Shown here one piece after another: positions 41,803 to 52,992 of a stretch of DNA of 54,031 nt. The stretch is from positions 1 through 54,031 of the forward strand of contig MRSU01010600.1 of the NCBI GenBank assembly GCA_008369845.1, read 5' to 3'. A program made the translations under genes and the position numbers. The first letter of the stretch is position 1. Each line of letters opens with the position of its first letter. Under the pieces are notes generated by a model, which was not told the origin of the DNA, did no database searches, and saw nothing but the letters and a program-made list of their open reading frames with translations. The DNA is from Trichomonas gallinae. Its lineage: Eukaryota.

Positions 41803-42501
41803 TTACAAATCTTCTACTTCTTCATCCTCATTCACTGTTTGTACTTCTTGCGACTCTTCTTCCTTTGCTGGCTCTTCTGTTGCGACTTCTTCTTGCTGAG
41901 CTTCAGCTGCAGGCTCTTCTTCCTTCGGAGGCTCTTCAGCTACTGGTTCTACTTCCTCCTTAGGAGGTTCTTCTGGCTTTTGCTCTGTTTCTTCAGCTGG
42001 TTTAGTTTCAACTGGAGCAAATGTAACAGTTTGAAGCGGTGCGATTTCTGATTGTATTTTAGTCAAGTCGAATAAGACGTTTGCTGATGGAACAATCGAA
42101 TTTGGAGGCTGCGCCGCCAATCTTGATAAAATTTTTGATGCTTTTTGAAGCTGATAGACCCATTCTTCATCTTTTGTTCTCGGAATGTTTCTGTATTTGC
42201 GTGCAAACCATATTTCTTGCTCTTGTGCGATAAAATGAATCACGCTGCCTTCATTGTTATACGTTTTAGCGTTTTTCCATACCAAGTTGACATCTTCAGC
42301 CCACTGCTCTATAGATTTGTATTCGTTGGAATTTAATTTTCGTCTGATTGTTGATAAATCAATTGGATGTTTGATAATCTTGTAGTAATCAGGAGCTCCG
42401 TCTCTCTCGGGGTCGACTTTGTCCTTGAAGACTTTGCAGAGGTCTTTGTGGATCATTTTCGTTGTTATATTCAGACATTGTCGCTTCTCGAAGTCGTTCA
42501 T
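41803..42501 (-). CDS. Bromodomain-containing protein with acidic E/P tail, about 232 aa
   Basis: FKDKVDPERDGAPDYYKIIKHPIDLSTIRRKL..Y..DVNLVWKNAKTYN, with the conserved Asn intact. Confidence 0.93.
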   Translation of the reverse strand: MNDFEKRQCLNITTKMIHKDLCKVFKDKVDPERDGAPDYYKIIKHPIDLSTIRRKLNSNEYKSIEQWAEDVNLVWKNAKTYNNEGSVIHFIAQEQEIWFARKYRNIPRTKDEEWVYQLQKASKILSRLAAQPPNSIVPSANVLFDLTKIQSEIAPLQTVTFAPVETKPAEETEQKPEEPPKEEVEPVAEEPPKEEEPAAEAQQEEVATEEPAKEEESQEVQTVNEDEEVEDL

Positions 42502-42618
42502 CTTTTTTTTGATGTTTTTTATCAATTTAGCCTAATATATAACATATCTGTCAATAAAAAATCACTTTTCGAAAATAAATGCTCGCTTAATTATTCAATT
42601 TAATTAATGAAAAAAAAT

Positions 42619-43063
42619 TAAACTAAGCATTGAGTCATATTTTCATGTATTTCTAATCATTTTATTTCCACTACAATCAATATACAAAGTTAAAATATAT
42701 GATTCCGATTATTATTTTATATCAAAATAGTTCAAAATGCCCAGCTGATGAAAATACATAATAATAGCAACTGAACTGGAAAAAATGAGTCAAATATCAA
42801 ATGATTTCGTTGAGATAGAGAGTTCATTGAAAATGTGAATTAAACTAAGCATTTGGCCATATTTTCATATAATATTAATCATTTTACTTTGTTAACTATT
42901 AATATACAAAGTTAAACAATATCATCCCGATTATTATTATATATCAAAAAATTTCAAAATGAATAGATAATGAAAAGACATAATGATAACAGTTAAAATA
43001 GGGTAATCTAGTCATATATAAAGAGATTTGGTTTAGGTAGAAAGTTCGATTATGATGTGAATT
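42619..43063. repeat. Two-copy 222-bp degenerate tandem duplication
   Basis: TAAACTAAGCATT at 42619 and 42841. Shared AATATACAAAGTTAAA, CCGATTATTATT.TATATCAAAA and terminal ATGTGAATT. Confidence 0.9.
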
Positions 43064-43201
43064 CGTTGGAAAAATTTTCGCAAAATTTACACTCGTTGAT
43101 TCGAAATTGATTCCCTAGTGATAAGCTAAATAGATCTGCTGTTTATTAAAAAATAATTTTTCTTTGAATTTGATGAAATCTGACACACATCATTTTTCGA
43201 A

Positions 43202-43687
43202 ATGTCTACCAACAATAACGTACTTGTCGCATACTTCACACACAGCGGAAACACAAAGACAGCTGCCGAAATCATCCACAATATCGTCGGTGGCACTCTT
43301 TATGAGATCAAGGGAGATAATCACTATCCACACGATTATCATTCGACAACAGCTCAAGCACAAAAGGAGCAAAGAGAAAACTTCAGACCAAATCTCGTCA
43401 ACCCAATACCAGACATTGATAAGTATGACACAATCATCATCGGCAATCCATGCTGGTGGGGAACATTCCCAATGGTCACATTCACATTCCTAGAGAAATA
43501 TGGATTCGAAGGAAAGAAGATCCTTCCTTTCGTTACCCACGGAGGAAGCGGCTTAGGATCAGAAGTAGAAGATATCAAGAGAACATGCCCTAAGGCTAAG
43601 GTAGCAAGTGGACTCGCAATATATGGCTCACGTGCTTCTGGTTCTAAGGCTGCAATTGAGAAATGGCTCAAACAAAACGGATTTTAA
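43202..43687 (+). CDS. Bacterial-type flavodoxin (Flavodoxin_4-like), 161 aa
   Basis: VLVAYFTHSGNTK, YDTIIIGNPCWWG, GKKILPFVTHGGSGLG. Inr TCATTTTT about 10 nt upstream. Confidence 0.93.
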   Translation: MSTNNNVLVAYFTHSGNTKTAAEIIHNIVGGTLYEIKGDNHYPHDYHSTTAQAQKEQRENFRPNLVNPIPDIDKYDTIIIGNPCWWGTFPMVTFTFLEKYGFEGKKILPFVTHGGSGLGSEVEDIKRTCPKAKVASGLAIYGSRASGSKAAIEKWLKQNGF

Positions 43688-43780
43688 GCAAAAATTGTCA
43701 GAATTAAAAAATCTAAATTTTGAAATAGATAACATTTTTTTATCACATATATATAAAACAATAAAAAATATAAAACAATA

Positions 43781-46700
43781 TTAGATAAGTGCGTTAACAA
43801 TGTTGACGAGTGAGATTTCACCCTTTGGTGAGCCTCTGATCAGTCTGGCGCGCTTCTTATCGTAGAAGAGCGATGTCGCAGCGCCTTCAAGTTGTGCGAC
43901 CTTTTGAGCGCTCTGTACGTTATAGATATGAATGCCGCCTCCTCTGATTGCAATAGCCGCGTATGAGAAACCATCTGGTGAAGCAAAGACAACGAATGAG
44001 TCAACAATTCCGTTGAGTTCGACAGTCTTTGGCCAGAGAAGGTTGGCATCGAAGAAGACGACTTTGTAGATTTCGTTGTAGTAGATAATTGCTGAGAGAC
44101 CCATGTCGCTGACGCCGCAGTAGATTGGGACGCCTGAGATCTTGTATGAGTGGACATCTTTCTCACTGGACATGTTGAACAAGATGATGTTTCCGTCGAT
44201 TGAAGCAGAGATCATTGCATCTGCGATGACAGAGAAAGCGACACATTTGACACTTGTTCTGTGCTTTGTAAGGGTGAAGATTCTGTGCTTGTGCTTGATT
44301 TGTACTGTGCAGTCGCTGGATGAAGAAACAATGAGGTGCTTGTCGGCTGCGAGGCATGTGACTGGCATGTTGTGGTACTTCTTTGTCGAGACGATTCTTC
44401 CTGTGTTTAGGTCTGCGATGTTGATATGTGGCGACCATGTGTATGTATAGACGATTGCGTCCTTGAGGATTCTGATGAGCTGCGATTGGAGAGAAATGTC
44501 GACGAACTCTGGAGGAACATATGATGGGAGGCTGTACTTGTTGAAGCTCTTGCTCTCTGTATCGAAGATGATGGCTGTCATCGCCAAATCGATACCGACG
44601 ACTGATGTGCCGTGGCTGCCAACAGCGATGATTGGATACTCAGAAAGTCTATATGACTCAGTGAACTTAGGCGATGGGAAGCTGACTAATGTTGTAATCT
44701 TTGACCTGTGTGGCTCAGTGAACAACTGGTAGCCAGCGCTGCCGAAGCAGGCTGCATATTCTCTTGCGAATGAAAGCATATGTGGAGTGTTCATGACTTC
44801 TTGTGTGACGCTGCTGTCGTAGAAGTTCTTCGAGAAGATGTTATCAACCTGCCTGGCAAGTTGGCCGCGAGATGTTACTCCGAAGATCAAATCGATCCAC
44901 TTTGGAAGGTTGGCGGATACATATGGAGACTCCAAAGCGGCAGCGTTCTTCGTGATGAAGTCCGGAGCGTCCTTAGCCCATGGTGGCAAAACGACATCGT
45001 TGCATGACTTGCCGAGATCGAATTCGTTTGAGTTCAAGAGGAAGTCTGGGAAGTAGAAGAACTCTGGGATGAGCTCGCGGAAGTCCATGGCGACCTTGTT
45101 GCAGCAGTCCCATGCGTTAGGGATGCCGCTGAACAATCTGTCTGAGATATCGAATTTGCCACTCTGAAGCTCGATGTGGAGTGATGTGAATGGCTCGATT
45201 CTGATGAGATAACCGATGACGACAGCTGCGGATGAGTAGAATGAACCGTACAAGAACATGTCTTCATCAGCATCAGAGTCTGTATATCTCTCCTTAAGAG
45301 CCATGAGTCTCTCTCTGTTGATTGCACCAATAGGCTTTGAGAGGTCTCTGTAGACTTCTGGCTTTGACAGATCGAGTGTTTCTGATTTGTAGTCCTGCAA
45401 GATCCATGGGTAAACTGGGTACTTGGATAAGTCGTTGTATGATCTGCCTGCGTAAATGTTCAGCTTCATCAAGTACTCGAAGTTTGAGATCTTGTTTCTC
45501 TGCCATTTCTCTGTTGCCTTGTCGACCAAAATCTTGATATCTTCCTTCCTCCTCTGGACGAACTTGGCCTTATTGCAGACTGGCTGGAGAACAGTAAGAA
45601 CCTTGTCTCTTAGTCCGAGGCCGAAATCGAGATAAAGCGAGACCTTCGTTGAGAAGATCTCGATGGCGGAGTCGACGAGAAGGTACTGTCTGAGGAAGAT
45701 GTATCTGATTTCTACGTTTCCGATTCTGAACATCTTATTGTTGTCCTTGCCAGTGCTCTCGAAGACGGTGAATGTTGGATAGACAATGAGATTTCCTGAG
45801 TAAACTTTGCGCATTCTGATGAGCTTGGCTTCGACCTTGAGCAAGTAGTCCATTTCATTCTCTTCCTTCTCGAAGAGCTTTTCTTCTGGGACCATTGAGA
45901 TACCAGAGTTGTCTGAGAACGATGTGACTCTCATCTCCTGCATGTGCTTCTTGTACTGCTCGGCAGCATCGATTGGATTACCGAGATCACGAAGGAGTGA
46001 AGCGTTCTTGTGATCATCGAAGTTGTAGTTCATCGTGAGTCTTCCGCGTCTTCCGTTTCTTGTTATGTAGTTCGAAAGCTGCCACTTCGGTGATGTATTT
46101 GTTTCTGGAGACTTCCAGATACCAGTACCGTAACCGAGTGAGTGCCAAAGTCTTGTGTAGATGTTCTGGCCTCTTGTGCTTTCGCTGTCGACTTCGTTGG
46201 CGATGAATGCCATCTTAGCCTTGACTTGTTCACTACGTGGATCGAGCTTGAAGTTCTTGTCATCGACTGAGAACTTGGAGCCGATATTGGCGTACTTCTG
46301 GTTTGTCTTCGAGCACTTTTCGAAGAAGTCGTTAACTTCGTGCTCCATCTTGGAGACGGAGTTGTCAATACTCTTCTCGACCTTGGCGAATTCTGTGAGA
46401 ATTTCGTGTGCGAAGTTGTGTCCGGAGGAGTTGAAGCCGGCGTCGAATGAGTAAACAGACGAGCCCCACTTCGTTGACTCCTTGAATTGCTGATGGATGA
46501 TCTTAGCGAATGCTTGAGAGTCTTCCTGCAAGTAAAGGTGGCTCTGGTGTCCGCTGCTTGTAGAAAGGTATGACTTGATGAGACCACTCATGTAGTTGAC
46601 CAAAATCTGGAGATCGTGGTCTGATGTTCCTGTGATCTTAGCGGTGACATCTCTGATGAATCTCGCGAAGTCCATGAAGTGCTGCTCGTGGCTTAAGCCT

Positions 46701-49700
46701 CTGCCGAGGACGAAAGCCATCATTGCCTTCTGCTCGTGGTTGAGTGAGAAGAGGCGCATCTTACCGATCAAGTTGTTTGCGAGCATTGCATCCTCCCAGA
46801 CACCTTCGCAGTTTGTTCTCGTCGCGTATGTGAAGCTGACTTGAACTGGTGTGACATTGAGATGGAGCTGTTGTAATTCCTGGAATGAGTACTTGATGAA
46901 TACGTGCTCTTCTGTTAAGAATGGATTGAAGTACTTCGATGTGGATGGAATTGCGAACAAGAAACTCCAGATTGCGGCGAGCATTTCTTCGAATATAAAC
47001 TTTGGTGTCTGTGTAGTGATGAATGTAGTGACATAGCGGAACAAAATTGCTCTGTAGACGAATGAATAGTCGACAGCTGCCTTCTGGCTGAAGTATGCGA
47101 AGAAGTTCGTCATCTCCTTGAAAGCGTCAGTGTTGCCTGAAGCGCAGACAGTGAGAAGTGCGTCCATAACCATTTTCGCTGCTTCGTCGAATTCCTTTCC
47201 TTCTTCTTTGATTCTCGAGATGATGAACATGATGAATGGGACCTCCCACTCTGTGATATTCAAGATAATCTTAGGATTCTTGTGTATTGCAGAGAGGATT
47301 GGTTCGATGTAACGAACAGCGACACTTGTCTCGAATTCTGAAACGATCATGAGGCAGAATGGAATAAGCTGCTCATTGGCGATATCATAAATAATATAGT
47401 GGGCGGCATCTGTCTTCTCTGAGATTCTGACTGTTGGAAGTATTGATGTTGACTTCGGGTCGACTAAGCCGAACATGTATGCATAAATGATGTCAGCCAT
47501 GAGCACGTCGTTGTTTTCGAGTGACATTGTGAACATTATTGCGTTGATCCACTCATCGAATGTGTACGGCTGGAAGAATTGCTTCCTGTTCTCCTTCTGG
47601 AATGCGTTTCCGCGCATCATCAAATGGAAAGCTTGGGATCTGATCATCTGGTTCTTCGTCGTGAACAAATTGAAGAAGTAGCTGAACTTCAAGTTCGTCT
47701 TCAATGCTGGCAGAACAGAGTCCAATCTATCGGCCATCATTCCCAAAAGATAAGTGATCGTTGGATATGTCTGATCTGTGTCCTTCGTGTCGAATGCCAT
47801 GTAGCAGAGTGTTGTGGCATCACCGACGGAGAATCTGATCCTTGAGACTTTGTCAGCGAGTCTCCACAAGCACTCTCTGATTTGCGGCATGATCTCTGTT
47901 GGACGCTTGGCTTCTTCTTCCTTAGTGATCGGGTCCATCTTAGGCTCAGTGAGCATGTTGATGTTTGGATCTGTGACTTTAGACCAGTAGCAGACTTTCA
48001 TGAAGCACAAAATCTTAGAGAAGGATATCTGCTGGCTGAACCACTGGCGCCTCTTAGCAGACATGCCTTCGAATATTTCGTCGATTGTCTTGTAGAGGAA
48101 GAGTTGCTTCTCGAGTGGAAGGTAGATCCAAAGCTTAGGATCGAAGAAGATGGACTGAAGCATCTGAGCGCCAAGACCAATAACCATGATGCTCAAGTAC
48201 AATTCTTTCAGCTTCGTGATAACTTCTTCTGTGATATGATCGAGTTTCGACTTAGAGATGAGGTAAGAGATGACTCTGAATCCGTCGAACTCGTAGAAGT
48301 TCTGCTGGTTCTTTGGTGACTTCGAGAGAATTGAAATGAGCAAGGAAAGAAGTGATGGAAGGAATTTTGGCTCGAATTCGAAGTTGACTGGCTTTCCTTC
48401 TGGTGGAAGTACTGGCATGTCGAGCTGTGCGAAGAGCGGAAGGATTAAGACCGAACCGCCGATGTTGGCGATGGCATTCTTTGGCTTGGATGGGAATGAG
48501 AATGTCGGGCAGTCGAGTTTGAGCATCTTGGTGCCTGTTGTCATTGGAGACATGTTGACAGCGTAAACGTTGTTGAGGATGAGTGACGCGTTGTAAGAGT
48601 AGATCATGTTCTCGTAGAGTCTGCCTGTGAAGAGTGGAGCGAACAAGGATTCGTAGTCTTCTGCTTCAGCTGGCGAGAAAGCGCAAGGAACAAGTGGGAA
48701 TTTGTTCATTAACGCGACCTCTTCATCGGAAAAGGCATAGCAGTAGAGAGAGAATGAGCCAAGGTCAGCTGAAAGACCGGCACCGAATGATGATTTAGTT
48801 ATTGAGCCGTCCATGATGATTTCCTTGGCCATGAGGACTTCACGTTTCTCTCCGCGGATGTAGAGTGAGAAAGCGTTGTTCTTGTAAGTGAGGGTAAGTT
48901 TATACCATTGTGATTTGGCAAATTCTGTCTTGAAAGCACCTCTAACGGCGTTGCCTGCTGTATCTCTCTGAGTAATTGCAATGTGATTCTCATCCAAGTC
49001 GAATGAGATGGCCGAACCATTAATAGAGAAGAGACGAATAAGGTTGCCTTTAGTTGAGCGGAACTTAACCTCGCACATGTATGTTAACTCAGTAATTGAT
49101 TGTTTAAGCGGAACGTCGGGGATTAACATTGGATTGCCATTTAACTTGAAAAGCGACGTAGGAATTGTGTAGTTACTATCGAATATTGTTTGAAGTGTAT
49201 TAAGTATCCTAATTGTGAATTTGGGTCTGAAGTTTCCTGGCAAAGGAGATAAAGATTGGATTAATGATAACATATCGCTAGATTTGAGTGACCTTTGTCC
49301 GATAAATGAAATGAAATAGCAAAGTAATTCAAATAATCCGTCAATTTCGTTTTTCATGCGATATTCTTGAATTGTTGCAATTGCCTTCGCTGGAAGATTA
49401 GATGAGTTGATCTCATTTGTTGTCTTCTCCGAGGACTGGCAGCAGAGAAGGATCCTCTCGATAAATATATGCTTTTGAGCCGGCCCAAATATGTCATACA
49501 AAACACTGAGCGAAGCAATGGCGTTCTTGAAGTTGTTTTCGAAGAGATCTTCTGCAATTTTGATGGCATCCTCTTCCGATATGACTTTTGAAAGAGAATT
49601 GAAAATTGGCGAAGTTGAATCGTTCGAGCAAGCAGTGTAAACCCTGAAGACAATGTCAATATCTTCTGGGCTACGGCTTGCAAAGTTGATCATTTCTTGA

Positions 49701-51556
49701 ATAAATGTCGTCTGTGTTAAAACTGAAGATAATTCGATTGAATTTTCAGGATAAGCATTCAAAAACAGGCGGAGAATGTATCTAACATGCTGTGGTTCTC
49801 CATCTTTAAAGATCGAGACGAAATATTGGAAAATTTGTAATAATGTTTGATCAGTCTTTTTGAGTTTTCTGAGAGATCCTATAAGAACTGCGCCGGAAAA
49901 TTCAACGAGGCGACGTGCGTATGAGATTTTGATAACACATCCGATAAAATCTGCCGACTGAATCATAACTTGGGCAATCTTTTGCTTGTAGAAGAAGTGG
50001 TTTAACAACTCAAGGAATATAGTGAGGTTCTCGATGATCTTATTTCTTATTTCTTCGCTGTTATCGCCCCATAAGCAAGAAACAAAATTCAATAATATGA
50101 CAGCTATAGCTTTTGTAACTTCTACAGCTTCAAAAGCAAAGTGGAAGCATGCGAGATCGGAAATCATAGCAATTTGCACGAGTTCATTAATGTATGGTGT
50201 TAATGCGTATTCTTGTGCAGAAATGATGAAGATTTCGAGGGCTGACATGTATAATTCGACTGAAAGTTTATTACTTGCGAGGATATTGGGGAAGTATCTC
50301 AACGAGAAATCGATTACGTCTGGATCGTTGTAAATAAGGAAACCTACTTCGAATATTGAAGCGAGAATTGGATGAACGACATTCATGATGTCAGGGCTTA
50401 TAGGTATATAATAAAGAACTCTGGCAGAAAATTGGGCAACACCAAGCGATTTATCGCTAATTAAGAGTCTTGCAACTAACTCGAGTGATTTTGTAGACTT
50501 GTTTGTTGAGCTGCCACACAATTTAATAATTGCTTGGAACAAAGCAGCAAGAGATCTGTTTGCAAATTTTGGCGGTCTTTCATAGGGTCGAATATTTGGC
50601 TTAGGAGGCTGTGGGTCGAACTTGTATGATTTTTGAAGACCGATATCTTTGACTTTGTTGTTGATATTTCCAACGTAAGGTCTAATTGGTGTATATCCTG
50701 CCGGACTTGGTATGCATTGATCGATAACCTTGGCAGCAAACCTTGATATAATATCCAAATTTTGCGCATCCAGGACAAAATCGACAATTTCTGGATGTTT
50801 TTCAGAAAATGTAGATATTAAAAGAAATGTCGCAATTTTTGACTCTGTAGTGAAATTTGTTTCTAGAAGAAGTACGAGGTGAGCAACGAAAGCCATGTAG
50901 TTAAATTCGATCTCGAAGTTGTTTCTAATAACAGTGGCAAGAGATCTTACGACCTCTTGATAGATATCATCCGTATCCTTCTCGCCGTTGAAGCAGAAAA
51001 TAGCGTTATATAGGAACTCCACGAGCTTCGTTTTCATGGAAGACGCTGCCTTATCTCTCATAATTAAGCCAGTTTTAACAATCAAAGCAACATCACTCTG
51101 GCGCATCTTACTATCCCTAAGACGAGGGGTGATGGCGAATAAAGCGTAATTTATGGCTCCTAAAACAATATCGGTAAGTTCGGGTCTAAATGGTAAGGTT
51201 TCAATCAGTACTTCGAAAATATTAGCGAGCTCGTTGTAGTATTTAACGGAATCGTAAGTAATTAATGGTCCTGCAAAATAGCTGAAGGAATATAATTTAC
51301 GGATGTAAAGGACTGGATTATTATCAATGAACTGCTTGTCAACATAATCAACAAATCCAAACAAGAGTGCTAAGTAGTCCATTCTCTGGTCAATCTTCAT
51401 CTCGTCGATTATCTGTGTAATGAAGTCTTTGTCGTATGATAAGTAGAACTCATCAGACTCCGAAGAGATGCAGAATGCGAGAATACATTCATTTAAGTAT
51501 GGCTTCTCATCTTCGCTGAATCTCTTGGGGAAAAATGTAGGTATAAAGTCACTCAT
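43781..51556 (-). CDS. Beige/BEACH domain protein (ARM, ConA-like, PH, BEACH, WD40), 2591 aa
   Basis: WQRNKISNFEYLMKLNIYAGRSYNDLSKYPVYPWIL, RDLSKPIGA, YLIRIEPFT, ELIPEFFY, LPPWA, ALES..WIDLIFG. PH motif RQYLLVDSAIEIF. C-terminal WD repeats. Confidence 0.96.
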   Translation of the reverse strand: MSDFIPTFFPKRFSEDEKPYLNECILAFCISSESDEFYLSYDKDFITQIIDEMKIDQRMDYLALLFGFVDYVDKQFIDNNPVLYIRKLYSFSYFAGPLITYDSVKYYNELANIFEVLIETLPFRPELTDIVLGAINYALFAITPRLRDSKMRQSDVALIVKTGLIMRDKAASSMKTKLVEFLYNAIFCFNGEKDTDDIYQEVVRSLATVIRNNFEIEFNYMAFVAHLVLLLETNFTTESKIATFLLISTFSEKHPEIVDFVLDAQNLDIISRFAAKVIDQCIPSPAGYTPIRPYVGNINNKVKDIGLQKSYKFDPQPPKPNIRPYERPPKFANRSLAALFQAIIKLCGSSTNKSTKSLELVARLLISDKSLGVAQFSARVLYYIPISPDIMNVVHPILASIFEVGFLIYNDPDVIDFSLRYFPNILASNKLSVELYMSALEIFIISAQEYALTPYINELVQIAMISDLACFHFAFEAVEVTKAIAVILLNFVSCLWGDNSEEIRNKIIENLTIFLELLNHFFYKQKIAQVMIQSADFIGCVIKISYARRLVEFSGAVLIGSLRKLKKTDQTLLQIFQYFVSIFKDGEPQHVRYILRLFLNAYPENSIELSSVLTQTTFIQEMINFASRSPEDIDIVFRVYTACSNDSTSPIFNSLSKVISEEDAIKIAEDLFENNFKNAIASLSVLYDIFGPAQKHIFIERILLCCQSSEKTTNEINSSNLPAKAIATIQEYRMKNEIDGLFELLCYFISFIGQRSLKSSDMLSLIQSLSPLPGNFRPKFTIRILNTLQTIFDSNYTIPTSLFKLNGNPMLIPDVPLKQSITELTYMCEVKFRSTKGNLIRLFSINGSAISFDLDENHIAITQRDTAGNAVRGAFKTEFAKSQWYKLTLTYKNNAFSLYIRGEKREVLMAKEIIMDGSITKSSFGAGLSADLGSFSLYCYAFSDEEVALMNKFPLVPCAFSPAEAEDYESLFAPLFTGRLYENMIYSYNASLILNNVYAVNMSPMTTGTKMLKLDCPTFSFPSKPKNAIANIGGSVLILPLFAQLDMPVLPPEGKPVNFEFEPKFLPSLLSLLISILSKSPKNQQNFYEFDGFRVISYLISKSKLDHITEEVITKLKELYLSIMVIGLGAQMLQSIFFDPKLWIYLPLEKQLFLYKTIDEIFEGMSAKRRQWFSQQISFSKILCFMKVCYWSKVTDPNINMLTEPKMDPITKEEEAKRPTEIMPQIRECLWRLADKVSRIRFSVGDATTLCYMAFDTKDTDQTYPTITYLLGMMADRLDSVLPALKTNLKFSYFFNLFTTKNQMIRSQAFHLMMRGNAFQKENRKQFFQPYTFDEWINAIMFTMSLENNDVLMADIIYAYMFGLVDPKSTSILPTVRISEKTDAAHYIIYDIANEQLIPFCLMIVSEFETSVAVRYIEPILSAIHKNPKIILNITEWEVPFIMFIISRIKEEGKEFDEAAKMVMDALLTVCASGNTDAFKEMTNFFAYFSQKAAVDYSFVYRAILFRYVTTFITTQTPKFIFEEMLAAIWSFLFAIPSTSKYFNPFLTEEHVFIKYSFQELQQLHLNVTPVQVSFTYATRTNCEGVWEDAMLANNLIGKMRLFSLNHEQKAMMAFVLGRGLSHEQHFMDFARFIRDVTAKITGTSDHDLQILVNYMSGLIKSYLSTSSGHQSHLYLQEDSQAFAKIIHQQFKESTKWGSSVYSFDAGFNSSGHNFAHEILTEFAKVEKSIDNSVSKMEHEVNDFFEKCSKTNQKYANIGSKFSVDDKNFKLDPRSEQVKAKMAFIANEVDSESTRGQNIYTRLWHSLGYGTGIWKSPETNTSPKWQLSNYITRNGRRGRLTMNYNFDDHKNASLLRDLGNPIDAAEQYKKHMQEMRVTSFSDNSGISMVPEEKLFEKEENEMDYLLKVEAKLIRMRKVYSGNLIVYPTFTVFESTGKDNNKMFRIGNVEIRYIFLRQYLLVDSAIEIFSTKVSLYLDFGLGLRDKVLTVLQPVCNKAKFVQRRKEDIKILVDKATEKWQRNKISNFEYLMKLNIYAGRSYNDLSKYPVYPWILQDYKSETLDLSKPEVYRDLSKPIGAINRERLMALKERYTDSDADEDMFLYGSFYSSAAVVIGYLIRIEPFTSLHIELQSGKFDISDRLFSGIPNAWDCCNKVAMDFRELIPEFFYFPDFLLNSNEFDLGKSCNDVVLPPWAKDAPDFITKNAAALESPYVSANLPKWIDLIFGVTSRGQLARQVDNIFSKNFYDSSVTQEVMNTPHMLSFAREYAACFGSAGYQLFTEPHRSKITTLVSFPSPKFTESYRLSEYPIIAVGSHGTSVVGIDLAMTAIIFDTESKSFNKYSLPSYVPPEFVDISLQSQLIRILKDAIVYTYTWSPHINIADLNTGRIVSTKKYHNMPVTCLAADKHLIVSSSSDCTVQIKHKHRIFTLTKHRTSVKCVAFSVIADAMISASIDGNIILFNMSSEKDVHSYKISGVPIYCGVSDMGLSAIIYYNEIYKVVFFDANLLWPKTVELNGIVDSFVVFASPDGFSYAAIAIRGGGIHIYNVQSAQKVAQLEGAATSLFYDKKRARLIRGSPKGEISLVNIVNALI

Positions 51557-52992
51557 TTAAAAATATTTCTGTCACATTTTTAGTTTATTTCTAATTTATC
51601 ATTCCTATGCTTTATTTATACCCAAAAGCTGTATTTTTCAATAAAAAAAAATAACAATCCGAATTTTTGTTTAAAAAAACAATCATGGACTCTTATGTTA
51701 TCGTGATAATAAATCTAAAACCTTATAAATTCAGATAATTTTCGATTAATTATCGTCATTTAAAAAAATCTAGTGAACAGACGTTGCAGAACTTTATCGC
51801 GGTTTGTTATGAGTTTTATCAACCATATTTTGTAGGGAGTTAACATATTATTAGGAACCTTTCGATATTTTTTTTCGGCCATAGTTAGTAGCATAATTAT
51901 TATATTGCATTATATAGATAAATCAATTCTTATTTTATTATTAAAATATTATAGCCTTATTCCATAGATTTAATTCCAAACTCATAATTGTTAGCTATTT
52001 TTCAATTTTTAGGTTGTATTTAATCTGCTTAAACCATAAAATAGTTAAATCTTTATGTTCCCGCATTTGGTGTATAGCCTCAAAATTTTTCAATAAGAAT
52101 CATGAAAAAAGAAGAAAAAACGCCTATAGAGAACGTATAAAAATCATATTTTAGAAAATTCGACTCGATATCATAAGACAAATTTGTTTTGAAACGTTGT
52201 AGATTTTATTGGACAATTTATATATCATGAATTATCGATATATATTAAAGATATACTAATATATTCAAGCTATTCGCGAATGAAAATTTGGACCACGAGA
52301 AAAAATAAATCTACCGGAAATTTAATGATATTCGCTTTGCATACCAATATAGATGGTATTTTTCGTCTAAAATCAAAAATAAAGAAATCGACCACACGAA
52401 GATTAACATGCGAAACGTGACAATTTTTATCTCAACGCACTTTTTGTTTTTTTTTAAGTGTAAAATGACTAATTACATATAAACGGCAATATCATGTGTG
52501 ACCACAGATCGATAGCTTTCAATTTAGCGATTGGGCTCTCAAAATTTAACAGCGAGAAAACGATCAGTCGGCTAAAACGAATAGATAAATGCTCAACAAT
52601 TAACATTTATAAAACTACAGCTTTACAATTACAAACAAATTATTTTGAATGCTTTAACTCATCAAAGCATATAAACCGATTATAACTAAGTCTTACATAT
52701 TCATACGGGATAAAATACCATTTATTAACTAAAAAACCTACAATAATATTTTTATTTGTTTGATTGCCATATAATTATATAATAATTCTAAATATACCAA
52801 AAATAGCCTCTTAAAACAACTTTTTAGCAAGACAAAGTCAAAAAGTTGATATTTTTGTTTTTAAACATAATAATAAAATACATTATAGAAGGTTGTAAGC
52901 TATATAGTGATGAAAATTTCTTTTGAAAGAAATATCTAGGTTTTTGTTATGAAATATTTGTGTGAGTTTTCAAATCGTACATTATTGATAAA

